64,000 nt of DNA from contig CAXXTF010000001.1 of the NCBI GenBank assembly GCA_963665775.2, positions 416,001-480,000 on the forward strand, written 5' to 3'. Positions 1-11,644 of the stretch are shown here, one piece after another. The notes beneath the pieces are model-generated. The model searched no databases and had not been told where the DNA came from. It worked only from the letters and a program-made list of their open reading frames with translations. Positions within the stretch are counted from its first letter, which is position 1. Each line of letters begins with the position of its first letter. The stretch comes from Dehalococcoidia bacterium (GTDB taxonomy: Bacteria; Chloroflexota; Dehalococcoidia; SM23-28-2; RBG-16-64-32). The translations under genes and the position numbers were made by a program.

Positions 1-273
1 GCCCAGAGCCTGCGCCACTATGAGCGGATCGGCATCGTGCAGCCCTCCCGCTCCCGGGGGCGCATCCGCCTCTACTCGCAGGCCGACATCGAGCGGCTGC
101 GCTACGTCCAGCGGCTGATGAACGACCTGGGGGTGAACCTGGCCGGGGCCGAGGTGGTGATCCGGCTAAACGAGTACATCCGCCGCATGGAGGGGGAGAT
201 GGCCCGCCTCCGCGCCGAGCTCCAGTCCTATCGCGACCTCACCCTGCCGGCGGTGCAGGGTGAGGGGGTCTAG
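1..273 (+). CDS. MerR/HspR-family heat-shock transcriptional regulator (5' truncated by window edge)
   Basis: Frame open from base 1: AQSLRHYERIGIVQPSRSRGRIRLYSQADIERL...LGVNLAG, a MerR HTH plus coiled coil typical of HspR. Directly upstream of a Clp ATPase. Confidence 0.8.
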   Translation, partial: AQSLRHYERIGIVQPSRSRGRIRLYSQADIERLRYVQRLMNDLGVNLAGAEVVIRLNEYIRRMEGEMARLRAELQSYRDLTLPAVQGEGV

Positions 274-344
274 AGGAATGGCTGATCCGCTGGCCATCTA
301 TGCTGCCGTTGGTGGCTCCAATCATAACCAGAGGTGACACAACC

Positions 345-2798
<2,454 letters not shown>

Positions 2799-2819
2799 GG
2801 GGCGGGGCCGCATGTCCAG

Positions 2820-2842
2820 GCCGCACCATCGAGCGGCGGGTG
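2820..2842 (+). repeat. 23-bp exact direct repeat of clpC internal sequence 2644-2666
   Basis: GCCGCACCATCGAGCGGCGGGTG occurs at both 2644-2666 and 2820-2842. Confidence 0.9.
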
Positions 2843-2978
2843 CCCACCCGTCGTCCAGATCCGTTTTGCCCCGCCAGCTTGTTCGGCCCGAACCTCGCCG
2901 CGTGGCGGATGGCGGATCGACTCCTATATAATGGCCTTGATGAGGTCGTTCCATCTGCAGATCGCTCGGTGAAGCAGC

Positions 2979-3473
2979 TTGCGTATCGCCCTGGGCAGCG
3001 ACGAGCGGTCGCATCTGACGGATTTCGTGGAACGGGAGCTGCGGCATCGCGGCTTCCGCGTGGAGCTGTTCGGGCCGTTGAAGGGAGAGCCGCTCCCCTG
3101 GCCCGATGTCGCTCAGGCGGTGGCTGAGTCCGTGGCCTTGGGTCGGGCTGATGAGGGGGTGCTCTTCTGCTGGACGGGCACCGGCGTCTCCATGGCAGCC
3201 AGCAAGGTGCCCGGCGTTCGCGCTGCCCTCTGCGGCGATGCCGAGACGGCGCAGGGCGCTCGGGCTTGGAATCAGGCCAACGTCCTCTGCCTGAGCCTGC
3301 GCGCCACCACGGAGACTGTAGCCAAGGAGATCCTGGACGCCTGGTTCTCCGCCTCGCCGGACCCAGCGGAGGAGGAGAACGTGGGGAAGGTCAATAGTCT
3401 GGACGAGCGGTACCGGCCGGCGGCGCCGCTGCCGGCGAAGGGGAGAGAGGGAAGCTCTAGTGGCAAGAGATAG
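2979..3473 (+). CDS. RpiB/LacA/LacB family sugar-phosphate isomerase
   Basis: MRIALGSD...GVLFCWTGTGVSMAASKVPGVRAALC...ARAWNQANVLCL. Confidence 0.88.
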   Translation: MRIALGSDERSHLTDFVERELRHRGFRVELFGPLKGEPLPWPDVAQAVAESVALGRADEGVLFCWTGTGVSMAASKVPGVRAALCGDAETAQGARAWNQANVLCLSLRATTETVAKEILDAWFSASPDPAEEENVGKVNSLDERYRPAAPLPAKGREGSSSGKR

Positions 3474-4368
3474 GGAGGGGCGGAGGAGGGGCCACCGCCG
3501 CGGCCGCCGGGAGCAGCCACCCAGACCGCCGTCCGAGGAGCGACAGGAAGAGACGTCTGAGGCCAGCGATGAGGGCGAGGCGCCCGCTGATTCGCCCTCG
3601 CGGTTCAGCTTCCGGCGCCGCCGTCAGGGCGAGGCCGATAGGACGGAAGAGAGAGGGAAGGAGCCGGCCGGACGGAGTCGATCCGCGGAGCGGCCGGCGG
3701 CGGCGGGCAGCGCCCCCTCCGCGTCGCCCCTCAGCTTCTGGCGTCGGGGGCAGGCCCGACCCTACCGTGTGCAGCGCCAACTTAAGGCTCGTTCCTTGTC
3801 GCGTCGGATCTCGGGGATGTACATCCCGCCCTGGCTGCCCGTGGTCGCCATCATCGCCGTCGTCTTCGGCATTCTGGGGTTGTTCTTCTTCACTCGGTCC
3901 GCGACGGGCGCGCCCCGCACCACGGACCACTGGCATGCTGACTACGTGATCACCGTCTGCGGCGTGCGGCAGCCTAACGTGCCGGAGTTCTCTGGGGGCG
4001 TCCATACCCACGGGGGCGGGACCATCCACATGCACCCGAATTTCCCCTCGGAGGAGGGGTCCGGGGCGCGCCTGGTCAAATGGTTCGAATACGGCGGCGG
4101 GAAGCTGACGCAGGATGAGATGCGCATTGCTGGCCAGAGTCAGACATACCGAAACGGCGACCTGTGCGATGACGGTTCCGAGGGTACCCTTCAGGTCTTC
4201 GTCAATGGCCAGGGGATGGACAGTTGGAGCCGCTACATCCCCCAGGACGGCGACCAGATGCGCATCGTCTTCGGCCCGGAGGAGGCAACCCAGGTATCGA
4301 CGGACGATGGGATCGTGATCCCGCCCGAGGAGGCGACCCGCGAGATCAGCGTCGAGTCGAGCGACTAA
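3460..4368 (+). CDS. Hypothetical single-pass membrane protein with His-rich extracytoplasmic domain
   Basis: Arg-rich low-complexity N-terminus, one TM helix (WLPVVAIIAVVFGILGLFFF), and motifs HWHADY and VHTHGGGTIHMHP. Overlaps the rpiB stop. Confidence 0.7.
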   Translation: MARDREGRRRGHRRGRREQPPRPPSEERQEETSEASDEGEAPADSPSRFSFRRRRQGEADRTEERGKEPAGRSRSAERPAAAGSAPSASPLSFWRRGQARPYRVQRQLKARSLSRRISGMYIPPWLPVVAIIAVVFGILGLFFFTRSATGAPRTTDHWHADYVITVCGVRQPNVPEFSGGVHTHGGGTIHMHPNFPSEEGSGARLVKWFEYGGGKLTQDEMRIAGQSQTYRNGDLCDDGSEGTLQVFVNGQGMDSWSRYIPQDGDQMRIVFGPEEATQVSTDDGIVIPPEEATREISVESSD

Positions 4369-4456
4369 GGCAACCCGAGTGCTGACAGCTTCTTAGCTCC
4401 CAACACCTTCGCCAGGTTTACCCTGAAATGCTATGATTGGAGGGAGGTAGCGAGGA

Positions 4457-5161
4457 ATGCCTGTAGTGACTGTTTCCGGCAAGCTTGCTAGCGGCGCGCG
4501 AGAAGTGGGCGAGGCCGCCGCCCAGGCCCTGGGGATCGACTTCGTGGATCAGAGGCTGCTGGTGGAAGCGGCCCAACGCTGCGGCGTCTCGATCGAGACC
4601 GTGGCTGAACACGATGAGCGCAGGCCGAGCTTCCGCGAGCGGTTGGCCAAGACGATGAGTGTCATCCTGGAGCGCTCCGCTACCGCCGGCATCGATCCCT
4701 CCACCGGCGCTGTCGGCCTGGAAGCGCTCCTCTCCCGCACCTACGCTGAGATGGCTGCCGAGCGGCAGGAGGAGCAGCACCTCACGGATAAACGATACAT
4801 TGAGGTCATGTCCGATATCATCCGCGAGCTGGGTGCTCGTGGCGACATCGTAATCCTGGGTAGGGGTAGCCAGATGATCTTGGGCGATCGGCTCGGCACC
4901 CTCCACGTCCTCTGTCGCGCCCCGGACGAGCTGCGCATCGAGCGGCTGGCCCAAAGGGAGGGGCTCGGCCTGAAGGATGCCGAGCGCCAGGCGAGCGAGA
5001 GGGAGCGGGCCCGCATCGCCTTTCACCGCAAGTTCTGGAAGGTGGACGTGGAAGATCCCACCCTCTACGATCTGACGATCGACACCTCGCGGCTCACCTT
5101 GGAGGTGGCGGCGGAGGTGGTGGTGACAGCAGCTCGGGCTAAGGAAGCTTCGGTAGGCTAG
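4457..5161 (+). CDS. Cytidylate kinase-like family protein
   Basis: VVTVSGKLASGAREVG...IVILGRGSQMIL...YDLTIDTSRL. SD GGAGG upstream and a TGcTATGAT extended -10. Confidence 0.85.
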   Translation: MPVVTVSGKLASGAREVGEAAAQALGIDFVDQRLLVEAAQRCGVSIETVAEHDERRPSFRERLAKTMSVILERSATAGIDPSTGAVGLEALLSRTYAEMAAERQEEQHLTDKRYIEVMSDIIRELGARGDIVILGRGSQMILGDRLGTLHVLCRAPDELRIERLAQREGLGLKDAERQASERERARIAFHRKFWKVDVEDPTLYDLTIDTSRLTLEVAAEVVVTAARAKEASVG

Positions 5162-5208
5162 CGAGCCAGCCGGGACGGCGGGTGGAGCCGGGCTAGGCCG
5201 TCGCTGGG

Positions 5209-5502
5209 CTACTCCAGAGACGTCAGCATCTCAGCCAGGAACCCCTCGGCGCGGCGCAGACGGGCCTGCATTCCCCACGGATGCTCCGGTGCCAGGGGCA
5301 GCCCCCAACCTCTCGCTTCCGCCCCTTCGCCTACCACATCTAGGAACCCGTGTTCCTGGGGTGAGTCCTCGCCAAACAGAGTGACCAGCAACTGGTGTGT
5401 GCTGTCCACCCAGGGGCCGTAATCGTAGGAGACGGGCCCTCGCCCCCGTAGGGCAGGTACCATCTCTAGCTGACGGCGCAGCTTATCTACGGCGGATGTC
5501 AC
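5209..5502 (-). CDS. Hypothetical protein (97 aa)
   Basis: Compact ORF filling the intergenic gap with plausible globular composition. Confidence 0.6.
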   Translation of the reverse strand: MTSAVDKLRRQLEMVPALRGRGPVSYDYGPWVDSTHQLLVTLFGEDSPQEHGFLDVVGEGAEARGWGLPLAPEHPWGMQARLRRAEGFLAEMLTSLE

Positions 5503-5576
5503 GGCCTGGTTAGACTACCGCGAAGGCGACGCCGAGCGCAAGCGGCCGGCCCCGTTCGTCTAACAGGTGCGTGGCC

Positions 5577-5605
5577 TTGACGGGCCTTGGGCGCCTTGCT
5601 ATAGT
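5577..5605 (+). promoter_or_regulatory. Sigma70-type promoter
   Basis: TTGACG-N17-TATAGT with extended -10 TG at 5597-5598. Confidence 0.75.
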
Positions 5606-5655
5606 CAGGGCGACCTTTCCTGGTCGCGACTCAGAGTGCAAAGGAGCTTCCGACC

Positions 5656-5796
5656 ATGGCGGAGCAAGAAGAATTCCAGGAAGAGCACAAGAGGGGCAAA
5701 GGTAAGCTGATGGCCCTTATGGCGGCCGTGGGCGCTGTTCTAGCTGTCTTCGCCTTCCGCCGCTGCCGTCACCCTTCCGAGGAAGAAGAGGAGTAG
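5656..5796 (+). CDS. Small 46-aa single-pass membrane protein (below ORF-track cutoff)
   Basis: MAEQEEFQEEHKRGKGKLMALMAAVGAVLAVFAFRRCRHPSEEEEE. SD AAGGAG at 5641-5646, with a consensus promoter upstream. Confidence 0.7.
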   Translation: MAEQEEFQEEHKRGKGKLMALMAAVGAVLAVFAFRRCRHPSEEEEE

Positions 5797-5864
5797 CGGC
5801 CTAAGGCCGCCGGCGCGTCGCTCCCTTGGCATCCCCTACGACCCAGCAGGACAGGCCCTGACAC

Positions 5865-6503
5865 ATGGAGATCGTCTGGCTGGGCCACTCTTGCTTTCGA
5901 CTGCGGGGGCGTGAGGCCGCCATCATTACTGATCCCTGTCCGCCGTCCACGGGCTACAGTATAGGCAAGCCCAACGCGGACATCGTCACTATCAGCCATG
6001 AGCATGAGGACCACAGCTATCTGAAGCCGGTGGCAGGCAACCCGATAGTGATCGAGAGACCTGGGGAGTACGAGATTCACGGGGCGTTCATTACCGGTAT
6101 CTCCACTTACCACGATGGGCGCCGGGGCGCGGAGCTGGGCAGTAATATAGTCTTCATTGTCGAGATGGAGGAGATCCGGGTGTGTCACCTGGGCGACCTA
6201 GGCCACACGCCGACAGCGGATCAGGTGGAGGAGATGAGCGGCGCGGACGTCCTACTGGTGCCGGTAGGAGGATCCACCACGATCGATGGGGCGGCGGCGG
6301 CGGCGGTGGTGAGCCTGTTGGAGCCGCGATTGGTGATTCCAATGCATTATGGCACGGAGGCGGCTAAGGAGAGCCTGGAGCCTCCGGACCGGTTTCTGAA
6401 GGAGATGGAAGTCAAGGCGGTGGAGCCGCAGCCGAAGCTGACGGTGAGCCGCAGCACCCTACCCCACGAGACACAGGTGGTGCTCCTGGACCACAAGCGC
6501 TGA
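5865..6503 (+). CDS. MBL-fold metallo-hydrolase (Lactamase_B_3 type)
   Basis: WLGHSCF, ISHEHEDH, HLGDLGH and IPMHY motifs. Confidence 0.9.
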   Translation: MEIVWLGHSCFRLRGREAAIITDPCPPSTGYSIGKPNADIVTISHEHEDHSYLKPVAGNPIVIERPGEYEIHGAFITGISTYHDGRRGAELGSNIVFIVEMEEIRVCHLGDLGHTPTADQVEEMSGADVLLVPVGGSTTIDGAAAAAVVSLLEPRLVIPMHYGTEAAKESLEPPDRFLKEMEVKAVEPQPKLTVSRSTLPHETQVVLLDHKR

Positions 6504-6635
6504 CAAGGGGGACCGAGAGCGTTTTCCACCCCCTCATCGCCCGTTCTGGCTGCCCGATCAGTGATCACGAACTCCGCGCTGGGGAAGAGCCCGCGCTCTC
6601 TGGCTAGACCCCCTGTATCCCGCAAAATGCTGAGC

Positions 6636-7592
6636 CTAGCGCCTGCCGCGGGCCAGGAAGTAGGCGCTGCTGATAACCGCGCCGCCTAGCGCGGAGAGGG
6701 GGATTACGATGGCCAGAAGGATGGTGATATTGGTGTCGCCGCCGACCGGGGCGTTGGGCTGGACAGTGATATCCGGGGGCTCGGCCAGGAGCTCTTCGGG
6801 AATGGCCGCCGGGCGATCCTCGATGGCCGCGAGGAGGGTCTCAGCGAGGACGGAGTGGCCTTTATCATTGGGGTGAAAGCCATCGTCGGCGATCCATTGG
6901 CGGCCGCGACCAATAAACAGCTCAAACGGGTCGGCCATCTCGGCGCCCAGCTCTGGGTCAGCCGCGATGCCACGCAGGACGTCGTTCATCTGGCGTATAC
7001 CAACGTCGCCCGCGACCTCCAGGCTGCCGCCCGTGCCTGAGTACGGGTTATAGAGGCCAACGATAACGATCTTGGCCTCCGGCATGGCCAGGCGAAGGCT
7101 CTGCACCACCTGGGCAAGGTTCGTCTCCAGCTCGCCTAGCACCTGCCCGTAGTAGAGGCCACAGGGGTCGCCCAGAGGATCGGTGAGACAAGGGGAGCCA
7201 ACGAACGCCAGGTCGAGCAGGTCGTTTCCACCGACGTCGATGCTGATGATCTCCACGTCATCGCTTACCGCCGAGTCGTCTTCCCGGCGTTGGCTGATCT
7301 CGCTAAGGGCGGTCTCCAACTGTCCGCCCGGGAGTAGGAGATCGGAGCTGGTAGCGCCGGGCACGCTAAGATTGATCAGCTCCAGGCCTCGGTCGCGGTA
7401 GCGGTCGCTGTCGCGGAGAGCGGCGAAGGTCAGGCTCACGTAGCCCTTACTCGCTGGGTCGGAGGCGCCGGTCCCGTAGGCGAGGGAGTCGCCCAGGGCG
7501 ATGAAGGCGGGTGTCTCGGCAGCCTGGGCCTCAGTCGAGAGGAGGCTGAAGGACAGAAATGCCATTACCAGCGGCAACAGGAGCCTAACCAT
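6636..7592 (-). CDS. Secreted, C-terminally anchored SGNH/GDSL hydrolase
   Basis: Signal peptide, then ALGDSL, GGND and DGFHP motifs, and a C-terminal TM helix. Confidence 0.88.
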   Translation of the reverse strand: MVRLLLPLVMAFLSFSLLSTEAQAAETPAFIALGDSLAYGTGASDPASKGYVSLTFAALRDSDRYRDRGLELINLSVPGATSSDLLLPGGQLETALSEISQRREDDSAVSDDVEIISIDVGGNDLLDLAFVGSPCLTDPLGDPCGLYYGQVLGELETNLAQVVQSLRLAMPEAKIVIVGLYNPYSGTGGSLEVAGDVGIRQMNDVLRGIAADPELGAEMADPFELFIGRGRQWIADDGFHPNDKGHSVLAETLLAAIEDRPAAIPEELLAEPPDITVQPNAPVGGDTNITILLAIVIPLSALGGAVISSAYFLARGRR

Positions 7593-7603
7593 ACGGCTCT
7601 ATT

Positions 7604-8731
7604 CTAGGGAAGATAGACCAGGGGGTTTACCGGAACGCCGCCCATCAGGATCTCGAAATGGAGGTGGGTGCCGGTGCAGTAGCCGGTGCAGCCGAGGGCG
7701 CCGATAGCCTCGCCCTGGGCCACCCATTGTCCCTCCACGACGTAGACGGCTGAAAAATGGGCGTACAGGGTCTGGGAGCCGTCGTCATGCCGGATTATGA
7801 CGTGGTAACCGTAGCCGTAGCTGGCGTAGGCGGCGAGGATGACCTGACCGGAGGCGGCGGCGACCACGGAGGCGCCGTAGCTGCCGGCGCCGTTGATGTC
7901 GATCGCTCCGTGGATGTCCGCGCCTCGCAACTCGTCGTAGTAGCTGGTGATCGCGCCGTACCAGGGCCAGATATAGCCGCTGGATGTGGCCGGGGCGGGC
8001 TGCGGCGCGGCAGCGGTGACAGGGCCGGGCGCTCGTGAGGGCGGCTCAGCGTTCGGAAGGAGTATAACCAGGTTCTCGCCGATGGTGTCTGGGGTGACAA
8101 GGTCGTTCGCGGAGACGACGCTCTCGACGTCAATATCGTAGCGGGCGGCGATGTCGATGATGGTGTCGTTCAGTTTGATCGTGTAGATCAGGGCGTTGAT
8201 GCTGGGGATCACGAGGATCTCGCCCACGGCCAAGAGGTCCGGATCGTCGCTGACCTCAGGGTTGTTCCAGAAGATGTAGACGGGGTCGATGCGGAAGGAG
8301 TTAGCGATGGCGGTGATCGTGTCTCCCGGCTGGATGGTGTAGTCGAAGAGGGGAGGCGTGGGCTCAGGCGCCGGTTCGGGTGTGGGCTCGGGCGCGGGTT
8401 CGGTCTCACCTGCAACCTGCGCCTTGCTCTGGATTTTCACCAGGGCGCTCGGATTGGTGATGAGGAGCATGGGCGGTCTCATATAGCCCACGCCGTCGTC
8501 GGAGATCGGGGCCTCCTGAACGCCGCTGGAGAGAACGGCGATGGAGGTGTGTCCCGGACCCCGAATGGTGGCTACAGCGACGACCGCAAGGGCCAGGAGT
8601 AAGAGGAGGCCATGCAGCGCGTAACGCCTGTATTCGGTTGGTGGCTGGCCCGCCCCTTGTGAGCGAGATCGCCATCTGCCCTGACCCGACGAGCGCCGTG
8701 GCTCGTGGGCCGAACTCTTCGGCTCCCGAAT
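7604..8731 (-). CDS. LysM x2 plus M23 peptidase cell-wall hydrolase, membrane anchored; start uncertain (proposed ATT 8731)
   Basis: Two LysM repeats (YTIQPGDTI, YTIKLNDTI) and M23 motifs HGAID, LYAH, HLHFE. The frame stays open upstream of the tracked GTG (8491) to 8734 and includes a TM helix. Confidence 0.82.
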   Translation of the reverse strand: MREPKSSAHEPRRSSGQGRWRSRSQGAGQPPTEYRRYALHGLLLLLALAVVAVATIRGPGHTSIAVLSSGVQEAPISDDGVGYMRPPMLLITNPSALVKIQSKAQVAGETEPAPEPTPEPAPEPTPPLFDYTIQPGDTITAIANSFRIDPVYIFWNNPEVSDDPDLLAVGEILVIPSINALIYTIKLNDTIIDIAARYDIDVESVVSANDLVTPDTIGENLVILLPNAEPPSRAPGPVTAAAPQPAPATSSGYIWPWYGAITSYYDELRGADIHGAIDINGAGSYGASVVAAASGQVILAAYASYGYGYHVIIRHDDGSQTLYAHFSAVYVVEGQWVAQGEAIGALGCTGYCTGTHLHFEILMGGVPVNPLVYLP

Positions 8732-9015
8732 AGCTTACCCTCCCTTGTTGATGTCTCCGAGATCGCCACCCCCGGTCGAGCCCGACAGGGCCTGGGCGGC
8801 GATAATCGGAGGATATTATACTCTATTTGTCAATCTGTCCACAAATTGACCGGTTATCGTGAGAGAGCGTCGGTTAGATAGCCGGAAGTAGGGAGATGAC
8901 GTCCGAGCGCGCATCTGCGTCGTTGATATCGAGGCCATCAAGACCGTACCGAGACAGCTGCTGGAGTCGCTAAGGCATGCGCGAGCCGGCGGTCATGAGT
9001 GGCAGGTGGTGGGTT

Positions 9016-10284
9016 CTAGCCGATCTCTTTGCTGAGGCTAGCCAGGAACTCCGCGTTGTTGCTGGTGCGGCTCAGACGCTCCAACACCCGCTCTGTGATG
9101 TCGCTCGCGTTTGAAGAGTTCTGACTGGCCAGGGCGCTCATGCGGCGCAGGAGCAGGACCCGCTGGAAGGTCTCCTCGTCGTGGAGCAGGTCGTCGCGGC
9201 GGGTGCTGCTCTTCTGGATGTCGATCGCCGGGTAGATGCGTCTATCAGATAGCCGGCGATCGAGCCAGAGCTCCCAGTTGCCGGTGCCCTTGAACTCCTC
9301 AAAGATAACCTCGTCCATGCGGCTGCCGGTGTCCACCAGGCAGGTGGCGATCATGGTGAGGCTGCCGCCCCCCTCTACATTGCGGGCGGCGCCGAACAGG
9401 CGCTTCGAGGGGTGGAGAGCGACAGGGTCGATGCCGCCGGAGAGGGTGCGTCCGGAGGAGGGCAGGGCCAGGTTGTAGGCGCGGGTGAGACGGGTGATAC
9501 CGTCTAGGAGGAGGAGGATGTGACGGCCCCCCTCCACCAGCCGCCTGGCCCGCTCCAGCGCCACCTCAGCGACGCGGGTCTGTTCCTCCACGGGGTCGTC
9601 GAAGGTGGCGGCGATGACTTCCGCGTCCTCCACCGAGCGGCGCCAGTCGGTGACCTCCTCGGGGCGTTCGCCGATGAGGACGATGAGGATGTGGATGTCC
9701 TCGTAGCGCTTGGCGGCGGCGGTGGCGATGTTCTTCAGGAGCACAGTTTTCCCGGCCTTGGGCGGAGAAACGATGAGGCCACGCTGGCCGCGGCCCACGG
9801 GAGCGATGAGATCGATGACACGAGTGGAGAGGTTATTGAGGCCCTCCTCCAGATGGAGCATCTCGTCAGGGAAGATGGGGGTAAGCTGCTCGAAGTAGGG
9901 CCTTCGTTTGGCCGTATCCGGGTCTAGGCCGTTAACTGCATCGACGCGGAGGAGGCCGTAGTACTTCTCGGAGTCCTTGGGCGGACGGACGGTCCCCATC
10001 ACGTAATCGCCGGTGCGGAGGGCGAAGCGCCGGATCTGGGTCTGGGAGACGTAGACATCGCTAAGGCTGGGTTTGAGCCCCTCGCAGCGCAGGAAGCCGT
10101 AGCCATCAGAGGCCATCTCCAAGATGCCGCCGGCAAAGTAGTTGCCTTCGTGCTCGGCCTTGGCCTGCATGATGCGGAAGACCAGATCCTGCTTGCGGAG
10201 GCTGCTCGTACCGCTAAGGCCAAGCTCCTTAGCGACGTTCATAAGGTCATCGCGGGTCTTTGTCTCAAGCTCTGCTAGATTCAA
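9016..10284 (-). CDS. rho: Transcription termination factor Rho
   Basis: [44 protein letters not shown]. Confidence 0.97.
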   Translation of the reverse strand: MNLAELETKTRDDLMNVAKELGLSGTSSLRKQDLVFRIMQAKAEHEGNYFAGGILEMASDGYGFLRCEGLKPSLSDVYVSQTQIRRFALRTGDYVMGTVRPPKDSEKYYGLLRVDAVNGLDPDTAKRRPYFEQLTPIFPDEMLHLEEGLNNLSTRVIDLIAPVGRGQRGLIVSPPKAGKTVLLKNIATAAAKRYEDIHILIVLIGERPEEVTDWRRSVEDAEVIAATFDDPVEEQTRVAEVALERARRLVEGGRHILLLLDGITRLTRAYNLALPSSGRTLSGGIDPVALHPSKRLFGAARNVEGGGSLTMIATCLVDTGSRMDEVIFEEFKGTGNWELWLDRRLSDRRIYPAIDIQKSSTRRDDLLHDEETFQRVLLLRRMSALASQNSSNASDITERVLERLSRTSNNAEFLASLSKEIG

Positions 10285-10524
10285 TGGAACTCCATACGTG
10301 GTGATACGGTATCGTTGTCAGTTTGGGTTGGATCAATCGCACTTTGGGGAGGTTGCGCCGCTTGCGGGCATCAACAACATACACCATCGTCTATAGACGT
10401 GCAAGCCCCTGCCGGCGTTGCCAGCTGGCGCCTCTCCCTCCGCACCCACGGCCTCGCGGCCGCACCACTGGCCATCGCTCTGCCCGGTCAATGCCCACAG
10501 CTCTGGTCGGGGCCTGCGGGATGA

Positions 10525-11412
10525 TCAGTCGAATACGACCGTCTTGTTGCCGTAGACGATGATACGGTTGCGGAGGTGCAGGTTCACCGCCCGGGCCAGC
10601 ACCACCTTCTCCAGGTCCCGTCCCTTGCGCACGAGATCGGCCACGGCGTCCCGATGGCTCACCCGCGCTACGTCCTGCTCGATGATGGGACCCTGGTCCA
10701 GCTCGGCCGTCACGTAGTGCGCCGTCGCCCCGATGATCTTGACGCCCCGCTCGTGGGCGTGCTGGTAGGGGTGGGCGCCGGCAAAGGCGGGCAGGAACGA
10801 GTGGTGGATGTTGATGATCCGTTTCGGATACCGGCTCACAAACCCTTCTCCCAGGATCTGCATGTAGCGGGCCAAAACTACCAGGTCGCTCCGCCGCTCC
10901 GCCAGCGTCGCCATGATCCGCTCTTCCTGGGACGCCTTCGTCTCGGCGGTGATGGAGAATTCGGAGTACTCCATGCCGAACCCCTCGGCCACGGGTCGCA
11001 GGTCCGGGTGGTTGCTGACAACCAGGGGGATGTCGGCCCGGAACTCACCCATCCGCCAGCGGGACAGGAGGTCGTACGTGCAGTGCGGTAGCCTGGAGAC
11101 GAAGATGGCGACCCGGGGGACGTGGTCGGAGAAGTGGAGGCTCCAGTCCATATCGAAGCGGTCGGCCACGGGCTGGAACGCCTCGGCGATCCCTTCGCGG
11201 GGGATAGCGAAGCCGGATAGCTCCCACTCCACCCGCTGTAGGAAGACGCTCTCCTCCCAGCCTGGCCTGAGCGAAGTCGAGCGGTCGGTATGCTGGTCGG
11301 CGTGGATGATGTTGCCGTTGTTGCGGTAGATAAAGTCGGAAACGGCCGCTACCAGCCCCTTCTGATCGCGGCAGGAGAGGAGCAGGACGGCGGTAACGAC
11401 TTCGTTGTTCAT
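10525..11412 (-). CDS. purU: Formyltetrahydrofolate deformylase, carrying an 8-aa insertion
   Basis: N-terminal ACT domain, INIHHSFLPAF, GVKIIGATAHYVT, LDQGPIIEQ. Confidence 0.95.
   Translation of the reverse strand: MNNEVVTAVLLLSCRDQKGLVAAVSDFIYRNNGNIIHADQHTDRSTSLRPGWEESVFLQRVEWELSGFAIPREGIAEAFQPVADRFDMDWSLHFSDHVPRVAIFVSRLPHCTYDLLSRWRMGEFRADIPLVVSNHPDLRPVAEGFGMEYSEFSITAETKASQEERIMATLAERRSDLVVLARYMQILGEGFVSRYPKRIINIHHSFLPAFAGAHPYQHAHERGVKIIGATAHYVTAELDQGPIIEQDVARVSHRDAVADLVRKGRDLEKVVLARAVNLHLRNRIIVYGNKTVVFD
11260..11284. mobile_element. Short palindromic REP-like element inserted in frame in purU
   Basis: GCCTGGCCTGAGCGAAGTCGAGCGG. It shares a CTGAGCG.AG.CGA core with intergenic copies and encodes RSTSLRPG in PurU. 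Confidence 0.65.
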
Positions 11413-11514
11413 CTCGAGTTGGGTGAGGCCATTATAGCAGCGCCGTTAGGGGCCGGTTCCCAAGGCCGGTATGAAATCCCAGCTTGAAGGCCGTGGGATG
11501 GGTGGGACGATACC

Positions 11515-11578
11515 ACACCCTTCGCTTCGCCGAAGGTGACAGGACAGGCCGGGTCATTCTGAGCGGAGCGAATAATCT
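11515..11578. repeat. Inverted pair of REP-like elements (REPIN-like) between purU and cimA
   Basis: ACCCTTCGCTTCGCCGAAGGTGACA ... GTCATTCTGAGCGGAGCGAATAATCT. Confidence 0.7.
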
Positions 11579-11644
11579 TAGGAAGGGACCGGCGCGGCGG
11601 ACGCCATTTTCTCTCGTTCCAATTTCGGCTAAACTAGGCTCATC

